A stretch of 64,000 bases of DNA from Hemiscyllium ocellatum (lineage: Eukaryota). Below the pieces are notes generated by a model. That model was not told the origin of the DNA. It made no database searches and worked only from the letters and a program-made list of their open reading frames with translations. Positions 10,520-23,333 of the stretch are shown here, piece after piece. Position numbers and translations under genes: made by a program. The stretch is taken from assembly GCF_020745735.1 (NCBI RefSeq), contig NC_083435.1, positions 22,009,231-22,073,230 of the forward strand. The letters run 5' to 3'. How positions within the stretch are numbered: the stretch's first letter is position 1; every line of letters begins with the position of its first letter.

Positions 10520-11620
10520 TTTCACTTGCTCACAAGAGGAACAGGGTGACTGTATGTGGGGAGGGCATGAGTTGGTAATACATATGGTTGATCGACATGG
10601 AAGTGAGCAAGGCATTTGATAAGGTCTCACTGGCAGAAAGAACCCACAGGATCCAAAACAGAGGCACTTTGGATCCCAAATTGGCTGGAAAAGGAGAAGG
10701 TGACTCTCAAAGGATATTTCTGTAACTGGAGGTCTCTCCCCAGTGGGGTGCTGTTGCTCGGACCCCTGCTGTTTGTAGTACACATTGAGGATTGGATTTC
10801 AATGCGGGGGGCGGGGTGACTGGGGTTATGATCAAGAAGTTCAGGGTATCGTAGAATTTGGTAGGGTGGTAAATAGCATGGAGGATATCAAGTGAGCAGA
10901 GCAGCCAGCAAATGGAATTCTAGCTGGAGAAATGTGAGGTATTGCACTTGTGCATAGCTGACAAAGCCAAAGTCTATGTATACTCCATCTGGAGGGACCC
11001 TGGAAAGTTCTGAAGTTCACTGGGGCCTCCATGTGTTTATCCACTGGTCCCTGAAGGTAGCTGGGCAAATACATAAGGCAGTCAAGATGCATGAAGACAC
11101 CTGCTTTTATTAGCCAAGGCATGCAATACAAGAGCAGGGAGGGTATGCTGGAAGTGTATACAGTGTGGTTTAGGACGCAGCTCAACTTGTGTGTTTGGAC
11201 TGGAAGATCTCCAATATGAGAAACGTTTGGACAGGCTGTTTTCCTTGGGTTGAAAGGGGACTTGATAGAGCTGTATGAAGATTACGAGGGGCATAGTAAG
11301 GAAGAGGAGACAGGAAGCCAGTTCTTCCATTGGGTAGAGGGGTCAATAAAGATTTAAGATGAGATAGAAGGAGACGGTTGAGGATTTTGTTTTCACTGAC
11401 TGGGTGAGAATCTGGAACTCCCTGCCTGGGAATGGATGGTTGAGTCAGTAGCTCTGGAAACATTTAAGCAGTGTTTAGATACTAACTTGTGTTGCCATAG
11501 CTTCCAGGCCCTGGGCCAGGAGCTCGGAAATTGAATTAGTATAGTCAGATCTTTGACCAGAGTGGACACGAAGAACCGATTGGCCTCTCTTGGTACTGAA
11601 AATGCCTGAGCCTATACAAG
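10520..11620 (+). mobile_element. Old degenerate CR1-like LINE RT/3' fragment
   Basis: Decayed SKAFDKV, GPLLF and CEVLH-type motifs with frameshifts. Confidence 0.6.
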
Positions 11621-13304
11621 TTACAAGAGGCCATGAAGAGATGTGTGGGGTGAAGTGGTGTTATGGACTGAAATCGAAAATGTGAGGTGCTATTGGAGGT
11701 GAGTGGGAGGGCATGGCTTGACATGTATGGGCATGGAGGGCTGTTGGGAAAACCAGACATTTAGGAAAATTTTAAGAAATCAGCTATAATCGAGTTGAGG
11801 CAAAGCTGGATGAGTCTTTTTTTTAAAAGCAGATGAGTTGAGGGTGTTGATTAACCCTTGGGGATGTGGCATTGCCATCTAGGAGACATGGATGAGGGAA
11901 GGGCAGGACTAGCAGCTCAGTAACCTAGGGTGTAGAATCTTCCCGCACGATAGATGTGTGTGGGTATAGGTGGGTTAGTGTAGAAGGGGACGTGGTGTCT
12001 CAATATTGATCAAGGAGGAGTGTGATACTTTAGGTTCCTCAAATCAGACTGTGTGGGGAGAACTGAGAGCAAAAAAATGGGGCAACCATATTGCTATAGA
12101 CAGCGGAACAGTTGGGGAAAGATTGAAAGACATGGAAAGACAAATATGCAGGCATATCTCCAGAAGTTTGGGATAATAGTTGGCATGGATTGGATGGACC
12201 GAAGGGTCTGTTTCCATGCTGTATGACTAAGTGTAAAAATAGTAGGATACTAATAAGGGATTTCAACTTTCCCTTTATTAACTGGGATAGACAGAGTGTG
12301 AAAGACTTAGAGGTCAGAATTCTTAGTGTCCGGGAGAGCTGCTTAAGCCAGCATGTTAATAAGTCCTGCAAGATAGTGCTGGACCTAATTTTAAGGAATG
12401 AAATGGTAGCGATCATATTCAATAAAATTTAAGGCAGTTATGGATAAGGATAGAGACGGCCTGGAATAATGATTTTGAACTGGGGGTGGTGGGGAACGGT
12501 AATTTTTATTCTAATAAGTCAGGATCTGACCAAAGTGGACTGCGACCGGCTCCTTACAGGAAAATCCACATCTAAACTGTTGGAATAATTCAAAAGGGTA
12601 ATAGTGTGAGCGCAGGGCCTATGTGTTCCCGTACCGATGAAGGGAGGGATCACCGAGTGCAAAGACCTTGGGCTGAGTGAAACACCGCTCCCTTTGCTAC
12701 GCTTTTCCAGTCGGAGGTTGCTTCTCTCCCATCTTTTAGGCTCCGTAGTGAAGCGGACTCTGATTGGGGGTGCAACAGCTTGCAGAAATTTGCACTTAGT
12801 TGTATTTAGAATAACAAACCAAATTGGAGCCTTCTGCAGGCCATATTGTGGCCCCATAGGCTATCTGTCGTGCAAACCTTCTCTCTACATCCTGCACATT
12901 CCCTTATGTTGATGACCTTCTCCAGATACAATACCCTATCCTTCTCCGGGCTGAAATCCGTTTGCCGGTGTTCCGTGCACCTAAAATTTCCCTTGATAGC
13001 TTTTTGATATTACCTGATTATAAAGAGATCAAGTTTTCTGTCGTCTGTTCTTTTTTTTTTGTCTCCAGTTATCATAAAGGCACCAGCTGATGCTTTACTT
13101 CCTTTTGGTTCATCTCCCAAATTCTTGTTGGCTCTCTTGATTTTCTGTCCGGCATATCACAGTGATCCCAATTCTGCTTCGCTCAAAGTCCATGAATGCG
13201 CACCTCTTCGCTTGTTATCATTAGCTAATCAACAAGACCAATCCAGTGACTTTTGCACTCAACTGCTGCCTACGTGTTTGCAGTCAACCGACTCAACACT
13301 GACC

Positions 13305-13610
13305 AGATTAGACTTACAGTGTGGAAGCAGGCCCTTCGGCCCAACAAGTCCACACCGACCCGCCGAAGCGCAACCCACCTATACCCCTACATTTACCCCT
13401 TACCTAACACTACGGGCAATTTAGCATGGCCGATTCACCTGACCTGCACATGTTTGGACTGTGGGAGGAAACCAGAGCACCCGGAGGAAACCCATGCAGA
13501 CACAGGGAGAACGTGCAAACTCCACACAGTCAGTCGCCTGAGTCGGGAATTGAACCCAGGTCTACAGGCGCTGTGAGGCAGCAGTGCTAACCACTGTGCC
13601 ACCGTGCCGC
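13305..13610 (-). mobile_element. HE1-type SINE, near full length
   Basis: Reverse complement starts GCGGCACGGTGGCACAGTGGTTAGCACTGCTG, followed by the HE1 body and tail. Confidence 0.85.
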
Positions 13611-13779
13611 AGAGATTCAAGCTGAAATGGATCTGCTTTGTTGTTCAGCTACAGCTTTTTGCATTAGCTCTGTATTAAGCGTCATAACATACTTGAAACA
13701 CCAACTCTGTTTCTCTCTCTGTAAATGCTGCCAGATCTGCTCAGGTTCTCCAGCACTTTCATTTTTTTATTCAAGGAGT

Positions 13780-14950
13780 TTTGAGGACCAAGATCATTTT
13801 TGTGTGGACCCACAGGAAAGGGGAGAGATACTAAACAAATATTTCACGTCCGTGTCTACCGTGGCAAAGGACGTGGCAGCTAGAAAGCTTGGGGAAATAA
13901 ATAGTGATGTCTTAAAAAGTGTCCGTATGACAGAAGAGGAGGTGTTGAAGGCCTTAATACACATAAAAGTAAATAAATCCCCTGGACCTGATCAGAGAAA
14001 TTAAGAACAGGAGAATAACCATTAAGGACTAAATTAACGGTCAGTATGTGCAGCTGGGAAACATAGCTAAGGTTATAAATGACTTCTTTGCATCGATGTT
14101 CACTCTAGAGATCAGTTGTGATATACTTGAACAAATCAGCAGAGGAAGGTGATTTTCAGAGTTTTCATAGATCATAGAACACAAAGTAGATAACTATCCA
14201 GGCTTCTGTAGGAGGCAACCAAGGAGATTGCACGGTCTGTGACATTAACTTTCACGGCCTCTTTGGTCACAGGAGGGTTGCCAGAGGACTGAAGGACAGC
14301 CAATGTGATCTTGAAGAAGGGCTATGGGGGTAAATCAAGCAACTATAGACCAGTCAGTCTAACAGCAGTGGTAGAGAAATCATTGGGAAGAACAAGGAGG
14401 GACAGAATTAATCTCCATTTGGAGGGGCACGGCCTGAGCAAGGATGGTCAGCTTTATCGAAGGAAGATCATGTCTAGTAAACTTGATGGGATTTTTTTGA
14501 GAAGGTGATGTAGTCTACATGGACATCAGTAAGACTTTTGACAAAGTCTCAAATGGCAGACTGGCTCAGAAGCTAGGAGTCCTTGGGATGGGTTCAAGGG
14601 TAATTTTGGTAAATTGAATCCAAATTTGGCTCAGTGGTAGGAAGATGAGTGCGATGGTAGCATAGGGAGAAACAGCTCTCGTTGCTAAAGGGGTCAATAA
14701 CTGGGGCAGTTTTCAAGTTAGGAGTAGGAGGCTCAGACAGAATTGAGGACAGGAAATTTTACCCAGAGGGTGGTGGGGTATCAGAAACTCTGTTTGTAAA
14801 AGTGGTAGAGGCAGGAACCCTCAAGATATTTTTAAGAACTAAATTAGAGTAGCACTTGAAACGCCATGGTGATGGAATTTGGGATAAGAATAGATGGATG
14901 TTTGGTGAAAGCATGGATACGCTGGGCTGAAGGAATCATTTCTGTTCTGC
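13780..14950 (+). mobile_element. Patchwork of old CR1-like LINE ORF2 fragments
   Basis: EILNKYFTSV, KSPGPD, NYRPVSLT and SKTFDKV remnants. Confidence 0.65.
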
Positions 14951-17429
14951 TTTTAAAAACAAATTCTGTAAACTGGGATGACATCCCAGAAAACCGCCTT
15001 GACCCTCATCAGCATTTGTGGCCGCCATCAATCTGTGCTCGGAGGTGGTGTCAGCCCTGCAGCCTGTGTCGTCCTCCCCAGTCCAAACCACCCCGGCCCA
15101 AGCCACTGAATGAAGGTTCCACCTTTGGGTGGGATGTAAAGGCGTTCCTGAGGAAGGTGTGGAAGCCAGTGAAGTTCTAGGCTCCCGCGACCCATCTCCG
15201 GGGTGAAATTTCTCGGCTGTGTTTGGAAGCTTTTGATGTTGGGAAGGGAGTGACGTATTAATTCTGAGCTCGTTTCTTTCTTTTAACCCTTTAGTGAAAC
15301 CCTCCCGTGCAGCGGAGGAGACCGTGACTGAACCGGTGGAGTGGAGACACCATCTAAACCTGCAGACGCGGCGGGATTTTTGCTAAACGGAGTAGCGGCT
15401 GCCCTGAGCTGGGCACGGCAAACCTATCAGCCTCCAGTCACCTGGACTGACTCCGTCCTCATCTGCCGGTGGACGTGACAGCAGAGAGCACCAGAAACAA
15501 CATGGCACAGAGGAACGCCTGGCGGCAGAGGACAGACGGCCCTCTGCACTAAACGGTTAGACCGCGCGTGCCGGCAGCTATAGCGGTGAGGATCAGCGTT
15601 GATGCCGGTCGCTCTGCTGGCTGAAGGGCTTGGCTGCATCCCCAAGCCACCCCCGTCCCTTCCCCTTGACTCACGGCTTCCGAACGCTCTGTTCAAACCC
15701 AACCCCCTCTGGCGAACAGTGCCCGGCAGCCCAGAGGCAGGACCGGCTGTGGGCAGCTTGGAATTGTTTCTGCTTATAAAGAGCCAGCACAAGGAAGGCT
15801 GGCTTATGCTCCAAACAGTCAGCGTGAAAGATTTCCTGACCAGGAGGCCTACCCGAAAGTGACACATTTCCTCTCTGCCGAGGGTGAGTGGTTTACACCC
15901 AAAGCTGCCAAAGTACAGAAAAGCAAAGTCAGCTCTCAGCGTGCACAGACACACAAAGGAGACAGGAGGAGGAGGAAGAATTGGAAACAACAGGATCTCC
16001 GATAATTGACCGTTGGAGTAAGGGACCTGAGGGTACGGCCGGCACTCCACTTCATACTTGGTGCAACCCCCCACCTCCGAGGAGGAGATGGGCAGATAGG
16101 ATCAAAGCCCCTTGTTCTGGTAGGACCATGCTTTTATTTTGTGGACATTAATTTTTGTTAGAAAGCTTTTTTGGGGTGAAAAACTGCATTTGCAACCAAG
16201 GAGCCTTTCTGTTCACACACAGTGACTGGCAGAAGATGGGTGAGAGAATCCCTGCGTGCTGGATGAGTATTCATAACTAAACTAATCTGTCAACTCTTTG
16301 CTGTGGTGGAAATGTTCGTTCTCTTTATTTCAAACTATTGGCTTTAACCAGCTGCTTTTTTTCTCTCTAAATTAAGCTCAATGCCCTCAATTGTCCTGGT
16401 TTTTATTTCACGTTCATATGTCCATGGCAGATTAAAGGAATTTATTTGTCCCAGTGGGAAACCTTTTAACCTCCCCAGGTTTTTTCCCATGTTCTTGGGA
16501 AGGTGCCATTTTCAGCATTTGCTCTTTATTACAGTCTGCAGCCCTGGGAGGGGAAGGAACCCACGTCTTGCCAAAAAATTGTTGTTCCAAGTTTCTGTCC
16601 CTTTTTTTTTTCCCCCGTCCTCTCATTCTCTTTCCAAATTGCAGTTCTGTTTCCTAAAAAGGTAGCAAGTTGGTCGGTGTGTTGTTTCCAGCTAGGGCTG
16701 GTTTGGCATCCCTAGGCTGGGGGTCTGAATAATTGCAACGAGTGACTTGTAGGCTGCCCTCCTTTTATATCGGCCCATCTGTGCTGCTGTTTTCTGTCTC
16801 TGCTGCTGCTGCTGCTGCTTCTGACTGACTGACTGACTGACTGGCTGGCTGTCCAGGTCACTTTGGGCTGTGCAGGGTGTGGGTTTGTCTTTTGTTTTCT
16901 TTTTAATGTTTGTGCATTCGCAAGGGATCCTCGTGTCCATTTAAGCCACCCCCTTGAGTCATGCTGAACTTGTGGAACAGCTCAGCAGTTCTGCAACGTA
17001 GCAAGCACGTGTTTGTAGCACAGTCTCAATAATGGTTGAATCAGCATCTTAAGCCTCCTACTGTTAGACATTTGTTAAACTCCAACAAAGTGGTTTGGGG
17101 CTTGATTCTGTGACTGAGAAATACCTTTCTTACCACACGGGGTTTCGGAATAGACAGTGTTCGAAAGAATCATGGATGGCTGTAAGTATACACGGTCAGG
17201 AATCTGATCACGACGTTCAAATTGTTCATAGATTTTTTTAACGTAAAATGCTTACATTTCTATAGCACCTTTCATAAATCCAGGACACCCAATATGTGCA
17301 ATTCAGTCAGTGACATCCTTCTGTAGTGTAGTATCTGTAATGAGCCCAGAAGCCAATTTATGCATGGAATGCCTTTAGGAACCACAGTGTGTCAGTGACT
17401 GGGTAACTTGTTTTGATGAGTTACCCAGT

Positions 17430-17850
17430 CACAGAGTCATACAGCATGGAAACAGACCCTTTGGTCCAACCAGTCCATGCCGACCATCATCCCAAACTGA
17501 ACTGGTCCCACTTGCCTGTGCACAGCCCATAACCCTCCAACCATTTCTTATTTAAGTACTTAGCTAAACATTTTTTAAATTTAACCGAAACCGCATCCAC
17601 CTCTTCGTCTGGATGTTCGTTCTACACCTGACCCTTTGTATGTGTTTTTTTTTTAAAAAAGACTTTTAAAAATCTTTCTCCTCTCACCTTAAAATAATTT
17701 ACCCCCAGTCTTAAAATCCCACACCGAGAGAAAAGACAGCTGCGACTAACCCTATCTATACCCCTTCATGGTTTTATAAGCCTCTATAAGGTCACCTCTC
17801 AACGTTCCCCACTCCAGTGGGGAAAAAAGCTTCCAGCCTATTCAGTTTGC
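17430..17850 (-). mobile_element. CR1/HER1-like LINE 3' end, antisense
   Basis: agagtcatacagcatggaaacagaccctttggtccaac terminus and downstream body. Confidence 0.75.
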
Positions 17851-17977
17851 TATATCAGTTTGCTCGAGATTAAAATTAGGGTCCAAACATAAGGGTTAAT
17901 TCCCCTATTCCTCTTCAAAATACATCTATGGGATTTTTTACATCCACCCGAGGGGACATGGATATTAATGTAGAAAA

Positions 17978-18148
17978 ATGGATACCTGGGAGTGAGTTAC
18001 AGACTGGAATCTAATCGAGAGGTTCAGATGGTTTATATATAGAATAATGGATACCTGGGAGTGAGTTACAGACTGGAATCTAATCGAGGGGTTCAGATGG
18101 TTTATATACAGAATAATGGATACCTGGGAGTGAACTACAGATTGAAAT
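17978..18148. repeat. 69-bp tandem repeat, ~2.4 copies
   Basis: Unit ATGGATACCTGGGAGTGAGTTACAGACTGGAATCTAATCGAG..TTTATATATAGAATA starts at 17978, 18047 and 18116. Confidence 0.9.
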
Positions 18149-18371
18149 GTGGTTGAATCCATATTTTGGGTTTGAACTGCTGCGTAAAACTTTCATACAA
18201 TCACACTTTGCAGCGTTGCACTTTCAGGATCTCTACCATTTTAGCCTTTAGCTCCTTATGCAAAGTGGGCAGTGGCCAAGCTACAGGAATAAAAAGAATG
18301 ACTAATGCCTAGAGATCGGAAACATAAGGAGGAAATACATGGAAACTCCAGAGAGAGAGAGAGAGTGGGGT

Positions 18372-18407
<36 letters not shown>

Positions 18408-19931
18408 GAGAAGAGAGACACATTCGCCCTCCTCAGAATTGATAAGCAAGGAAGCATTTCATCACATGAGACAGAAAATGTGGGGGAAGAAACCGAACAG
18501 CCTGTCTGATCATCAGAGAGAGTGAAAGAGATGAACAAGCTTCAAGCTTCTTCATAGGTAAACAGGAAGCCTGTTGATAAATGTGAAGCCAAATGGAAAA
18601 GGCCATTATGTATTCTGGAAGATACACGGACATCTTCAGAAAAACACGCGTACCAAGTAAGTTAGCTGTTTGCTTGCCATGAAAGGGAGATCACCAGATC
18701 TGCAGAGTGTTATAAATTACATAGAATTTGCTTAAAGTATACAGCACCGAAATAGTTTGGTCCAACCTGCCCCTACCATTTCTGCTCTACCCTGGCCTCC
18801 TTGCCTGTTTCCTGTAACTCAGCGTTCCATGCTACTTTACATTTATCTAGCATTCCCTTAAATGTTTCACAACTCTTTGTCTCAAACGCTCCCTCTAGTA
18901 TCAAGTTTCACGTTCACTTGAGTGAATATGTTTCTTCTGCATTCGTCAGTTGACTTCCTGCTAATGATACATTGAAGTTAGCCGGGAAATAAAGTCGATT
19001 TAAAACCTTTTGTAACTTTTTAATGTGCTTCTGTTCAGCCTTCCTGGCTCGCTTGTCCCTTTCCTGAATGGGAAAAATGTTGCATTTCTGGTAAAGTGCT
19101 TGTAAGTCATTTACAGTCTGTCCATGCCCTTTCTGTCCTGTAATAGTGAGCAGAACTGTGCAAGTACATAGTACATTCTGTACCACATGGTTCAGCACAC
19201 CCACCCTCCCAACATTCTGTCGTTACCATTCAGCCACAAGATCAGCTCTTGTGCAGTGAAGAGCACAGGAGGGAGTGCCAGACATACCTGAAACTGAGGT
19301 GTCCATCTGCTGAAATTACAACACTTGCATGCCAAAAATGTTCCGCATGCACTGTCCTTATTGTCTTAATTTGTATGCAGTATCTTGTTGAAGCACCTTT
19401 GGACATTTTAGATAAATTACGTTTACTGTGTAGCCCTCTGGTAAGCTCCGAGGAGGACCAGGAGGCTGAATTGTTAAACAGCAGGAGCTTGTTATGAAGG
19501 TGTTCACTCTGCGGGCCGTAAGGTATGAGAGTGTGTGAGACTAAATGGTCAATGACATCATCATTATGTCACGTGATCAGAACAATATCTGCCAGGACTT
19601 TGTCCACTCACATAACTTGTCTGTATCCCTCTGTCATTCACCCCACATGCCTTCCCATGCAGGGGTGGGTCAAACCCAGGCAAGTGGGAAGAGTTTAGTT
19701 GGCAAACTTGACTGACATGGACGAGTTGGAACGAAGGGTCTGTTTCTGTGCTGTGTGACTCCTGTTTCACATTGAGTGGAAAGTTGTACATTCAAAGATA
19801 GTGCATTAATTTCTGTCGTCCAGGCCAGTAAGTATTGTAATGAATTGTGGCTCCAAAACTGATCCTTGAAAATGTCCCTTCATCCCAAGTCTCTGTCTTC
19901 TGTTAGTCAATTCTCTACCAATCTTCTATAA

Positions 19932-20217
19932 GGTGGCACGGTGGCTCAGAGGTTAGCACTTTTGCCTCACAGAGCCAGAGACCCATGTTCGACTCCAGCC
20001 TCAGGCAACTGTCTGCGTGGAGTTTGCACATTCTCCCCGTGTCTGCATGGATTTCCTCCCATAGTCCAAAGATGTGCAGGGTAGATGAATTGGCCATGCT
20101 AAATTGACCATAGAGTTAGTCGGGGGAATGGGTCTGGATGGGTTACTCTTCGGAGGGTCAGTGTGGGCTAGTTGGGCCAAAAGGCCTGTTTCCACACTGT
20201 AGAGGAATCCAATCTAA
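19932..20217 (+). mobile_element. HE1-type SINE
   Basis: GGTGGCACGGTGGCTCAG head, GTTCGACTCC B-box, and ..ggcctgtttccacactgtag..aatctaat tail. Confidence 0.85.
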
Positions 20218-20789
20218 TGTTAAAAACAAATTTTAAGCCAATCTTTTATCAAGAAAATGTGACAGAAAAAAGTTTTCTTTTTGAAATCCAAGCTTATTTA
20301 TGCTTTAAGTTTCTATGCAGTTTTCGATTTCCCCCATTGGGAGGAATTCTATTACATTTTCTACCATTCTTGTTAAGATGATGAGTCTTTAGTTCTTATG
20401 AAAACAATTTGTCACTATAGTAGCAAAAAATGAACTAATAATTTCCAGCTTTCATCACCTGGTTTTAGTATCCGAGACCTCAATCTGAGACTTTTAAACT
20501 GGTTTTTAACACTAGGAGAAAGCCAGGTTCAGCCAAACATGCAAAACCATTGTGAGATTCACAAAGGTCTCCTGGACCAAATTTAACAGTTTATCAAAAG
20601 AAACTGAAACTCATGTGTGAAGAAATTCTCATCTGATTTCTTTCCGTTATACCTCTTGGGCTTTTATGGGTGGTCGACCATACATTATCCAGCTGGTTTA
20701 AAAACCGTGACCGCTGATGTGGAAACACCCAAGTTCAATGTATTTCAAGAGAACAGCTTATGGTCAGAGCAGAGAAGGAAAAAAGGAAT

Positions 20790-22010
20790 TTTAATACACA
20801 GAAGCAGGGCCAGGACTTGTACAATTAATGGTAGGGCCTTAGGTGGTGTTGCAGAACAGATAGATGTAAGGATTCAGATACTTAATTCTTTGAAGTTTTC
20901 ATCACATGTAGACAGGGTAGTCAAAAAGGTTTGTCTTAATCGCTCAGACCCCTGCATGTAGGAGTTGGGACATCATGTTGAGGTTGTACAGGACATTGGT
21001 GAGGTCTCTTCTAGAGTCATCAAGATGTACAACATGGAAACAGACCCTTTGGTCCAACTCGTTCATGCTGACCAGATATCCTAAATTAATCTAGACCCAT
21101 TTGCCAACACTTAGCCCATATCCCTCTAAACCCTTCCTATTCATATACCCATCCAGATGCCTTTTAAATGTTTAATTGTTCCAGCTTCCACCACTTCCTC
21201 TGGCAGCTCATTCCATACATGCGGTACCCTGAAGTTGTCCCTTAGGTCCCTTTTTAAATTTTTCCCCTCTCACCTTAAACCTATGGCCTCTAGTTCTGAA
21301 CTCCTCCACCCCAGAGAAACGACCTTGCCTATTTACCCAATACATGCCCCTCATAATTTTATAAACCTCTATGAAGTCACTCTCCAGCCTCTGACACTCT
21401 AGGGGAAACAGCCCCAGCCTTTTCAGCCTCTCTGTATAGCGGGAGCCCTCCCAATTCCTGGCAACATCCTTCTGGAATACTGCATCCAGTTCTGGATGCC
21501 CTAATTTGGAAGGATATTGTTGAGCAAGAGAGAACTCAGAAGAACCTTGCCAGGATGCTGCAGAGTATGGAGGATTTGAGTTTGAAAGGCTAGATGAGGC
21601 TGGCACTTATTTCCCTGGAGCGTAGAAGGTTGAGAGGTGGCCTTACAGAAGTTTATAAAATCACGAGGCGTGTAGATAGGATTAACGGCAGGTGTTATTT
21701 TTCCCTCGTATGTGCAATGTCAAGACTAGGGTGCATATTGTTAAGGTGAGGGAAGAGAGATTTAAAAAAGACATGAGGGGCAAATTATTTTAGACGGAGG
21801 GTGGTTGGTGTGTGGAGTGAACCTCCAGGGGAAGTGGTGGATGTACATACAGTTACAATGTTTAAAAGACACTTGGATAAGTACATGAATAGGAAAGGTT
21901 TGGAGGGATGTGGGCCAGGAGCAGGCAAGTGGGTCTAGTTTAGTTTGGGGTTATGTTCGGTGTGGACTAGTTGGACTGAAGGGTCTGTTTCTGTGCTGTG
22001 TGACGCTAAG
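20790..22010 (+). mobile_element. CR1-like LINE 3' part (sense) interrupted by an antisense CR1/HER1 3' fragment at ~21013-21468
   Basis: The host sequence (YRTLVR..LLEYCIQFW) continues across the insert, and CTTCT is present on both sides. Confidence 0.7.
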
Positions 22011-22300
22011 TCAAACGTTCTCCCTCACTCCATGCCTGTATTCCTCAGCGCCTCATAACAGTAAACAATAACAAAGTGAATTGGAAATTCACCAAGAGCT
22101 CAAGGATATTTAGATATTTGCCAGTATTTGAGTATACAGGACGTCAACTAAACAACCGCAGTCACAGGTTAAAATTTAACATTTCAAAGATTCAAAGCAC
22201 CTTTTTTTTAAAAAACTGCACATTCTTGACCTTCTTGTTTAATACAAGTCACATACTCCTTTTTTTAAACTTTATATCTGCGTGTGTGTGTATTTTTTTA

Positions 22301-22780
22301 TAGAATCCTTATAATATGGAAACAGGCCATTTGGCCCAACAAGTCCACACCAACCCTCAATGCGCATCCCGCCCAGACCCATTCCCCTACCCTATCTCTG
22401 TAATCCTACATTTCACATTGCTAACGTACACATCCCTGAACACTCTGGGCAATTTAGCATGGTCAGATCCCCCCACAACCTGCGCATAGAATCCCTACAG
22501 TGTGGAACCAAGCTCAACAAGTACACACTCCGAAGAGTGACCCACTCTCCTACCTTATTACTCGACGTTTACCCCTGACTAATACACCTCAACTACACAT
22601 CCCCGAACACTATGGGCAACTTAGCATGGCCAATTCACCCTAACCTGCACATCTTTGGACCGTGGGAGGAAACTGGAGCACCCAGAGGAAATCCAAACTC
22701 CCCGCAGACAGTTACCCGAGGCTGGAATCAAACATGGGACCTTGGTTCTGTGAGGCAACAGTCCAACCACTGAGCCAACC
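22301..22780 (-). mobile_element. Two adjacent or partial HE1-type SINEs
   Basis: Two HE1 3' ends (22301 and ~22488) and one tRNA-like head ending ~22780. Confidence 0.7.
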
Positions 22781-23138
22781 ACAAATGTTTGATGTCAAGT
22801 TTTATTATTTTTCTTCAGTTAGTAAATAACAAAATACCTCTTTCTGTTGTTCAAATCCGCTTTTTAGTTTGGTCTTATACTATGTTTCAAATGAAGAGCA
22901 TTAAAGCTGCTTGCTGGAAAGAATTAAAGATATTTGTTCTGACTGATAGAGGGGTTAAAAAGAGTAGAGTTGATTCATCACTCCTCATTTGGTTTAAAAG
23001 GTGGCTCTCTCTGCTGATAGCTCAGTTCAGATGAGGAAGTGCTGCATTTTCAGATGAGTAGACTAAACTTAGTCTATGTCTGCCCTATACGGTGAATGTA
23101 AAAGATACCACGATAACTGCTGCAAAGTTGATGGGGAA

Positions 23139-23333
23139 TTAGATTAGATTAGATTCCCGACAGTGTGGAAACAGGCCCTTCAGCCCAACCAGTCCACACT
23201 GACCCTCCAAAGAGTAACCCACCCAGACCCATTCCCCTCTGAATGATGCACCTAGCACTATGGGCAATTTAGCAATTGAACCTGGGACGCTGGTGCTGTG
23301 AGGCAGCGGTGCTAACCACTGAGCCACCGTGCT
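23139..23333 (-). mobile_element. Internally deleted HE1-type SINE inserted in an older Deu-domain-like SINE
   Basis: (AGATT)3 tail and tRNA head are present and the middle is missing. The flanks resemble the old SINE seen at 24660-24800. Confidence 0.75.

Noticed and set aside
15427-16074. 215-aa antisense ORF
   Set aside because: Non-ATG start, no recognisable domain, and no supporting gene structure on the - strand.
19932-20005. tRNA genes at this and similar sites
   Set aside because: These are tRNA-derived SINE heads that continue into the HE1 body, without a proper acceptor stem or terminator.
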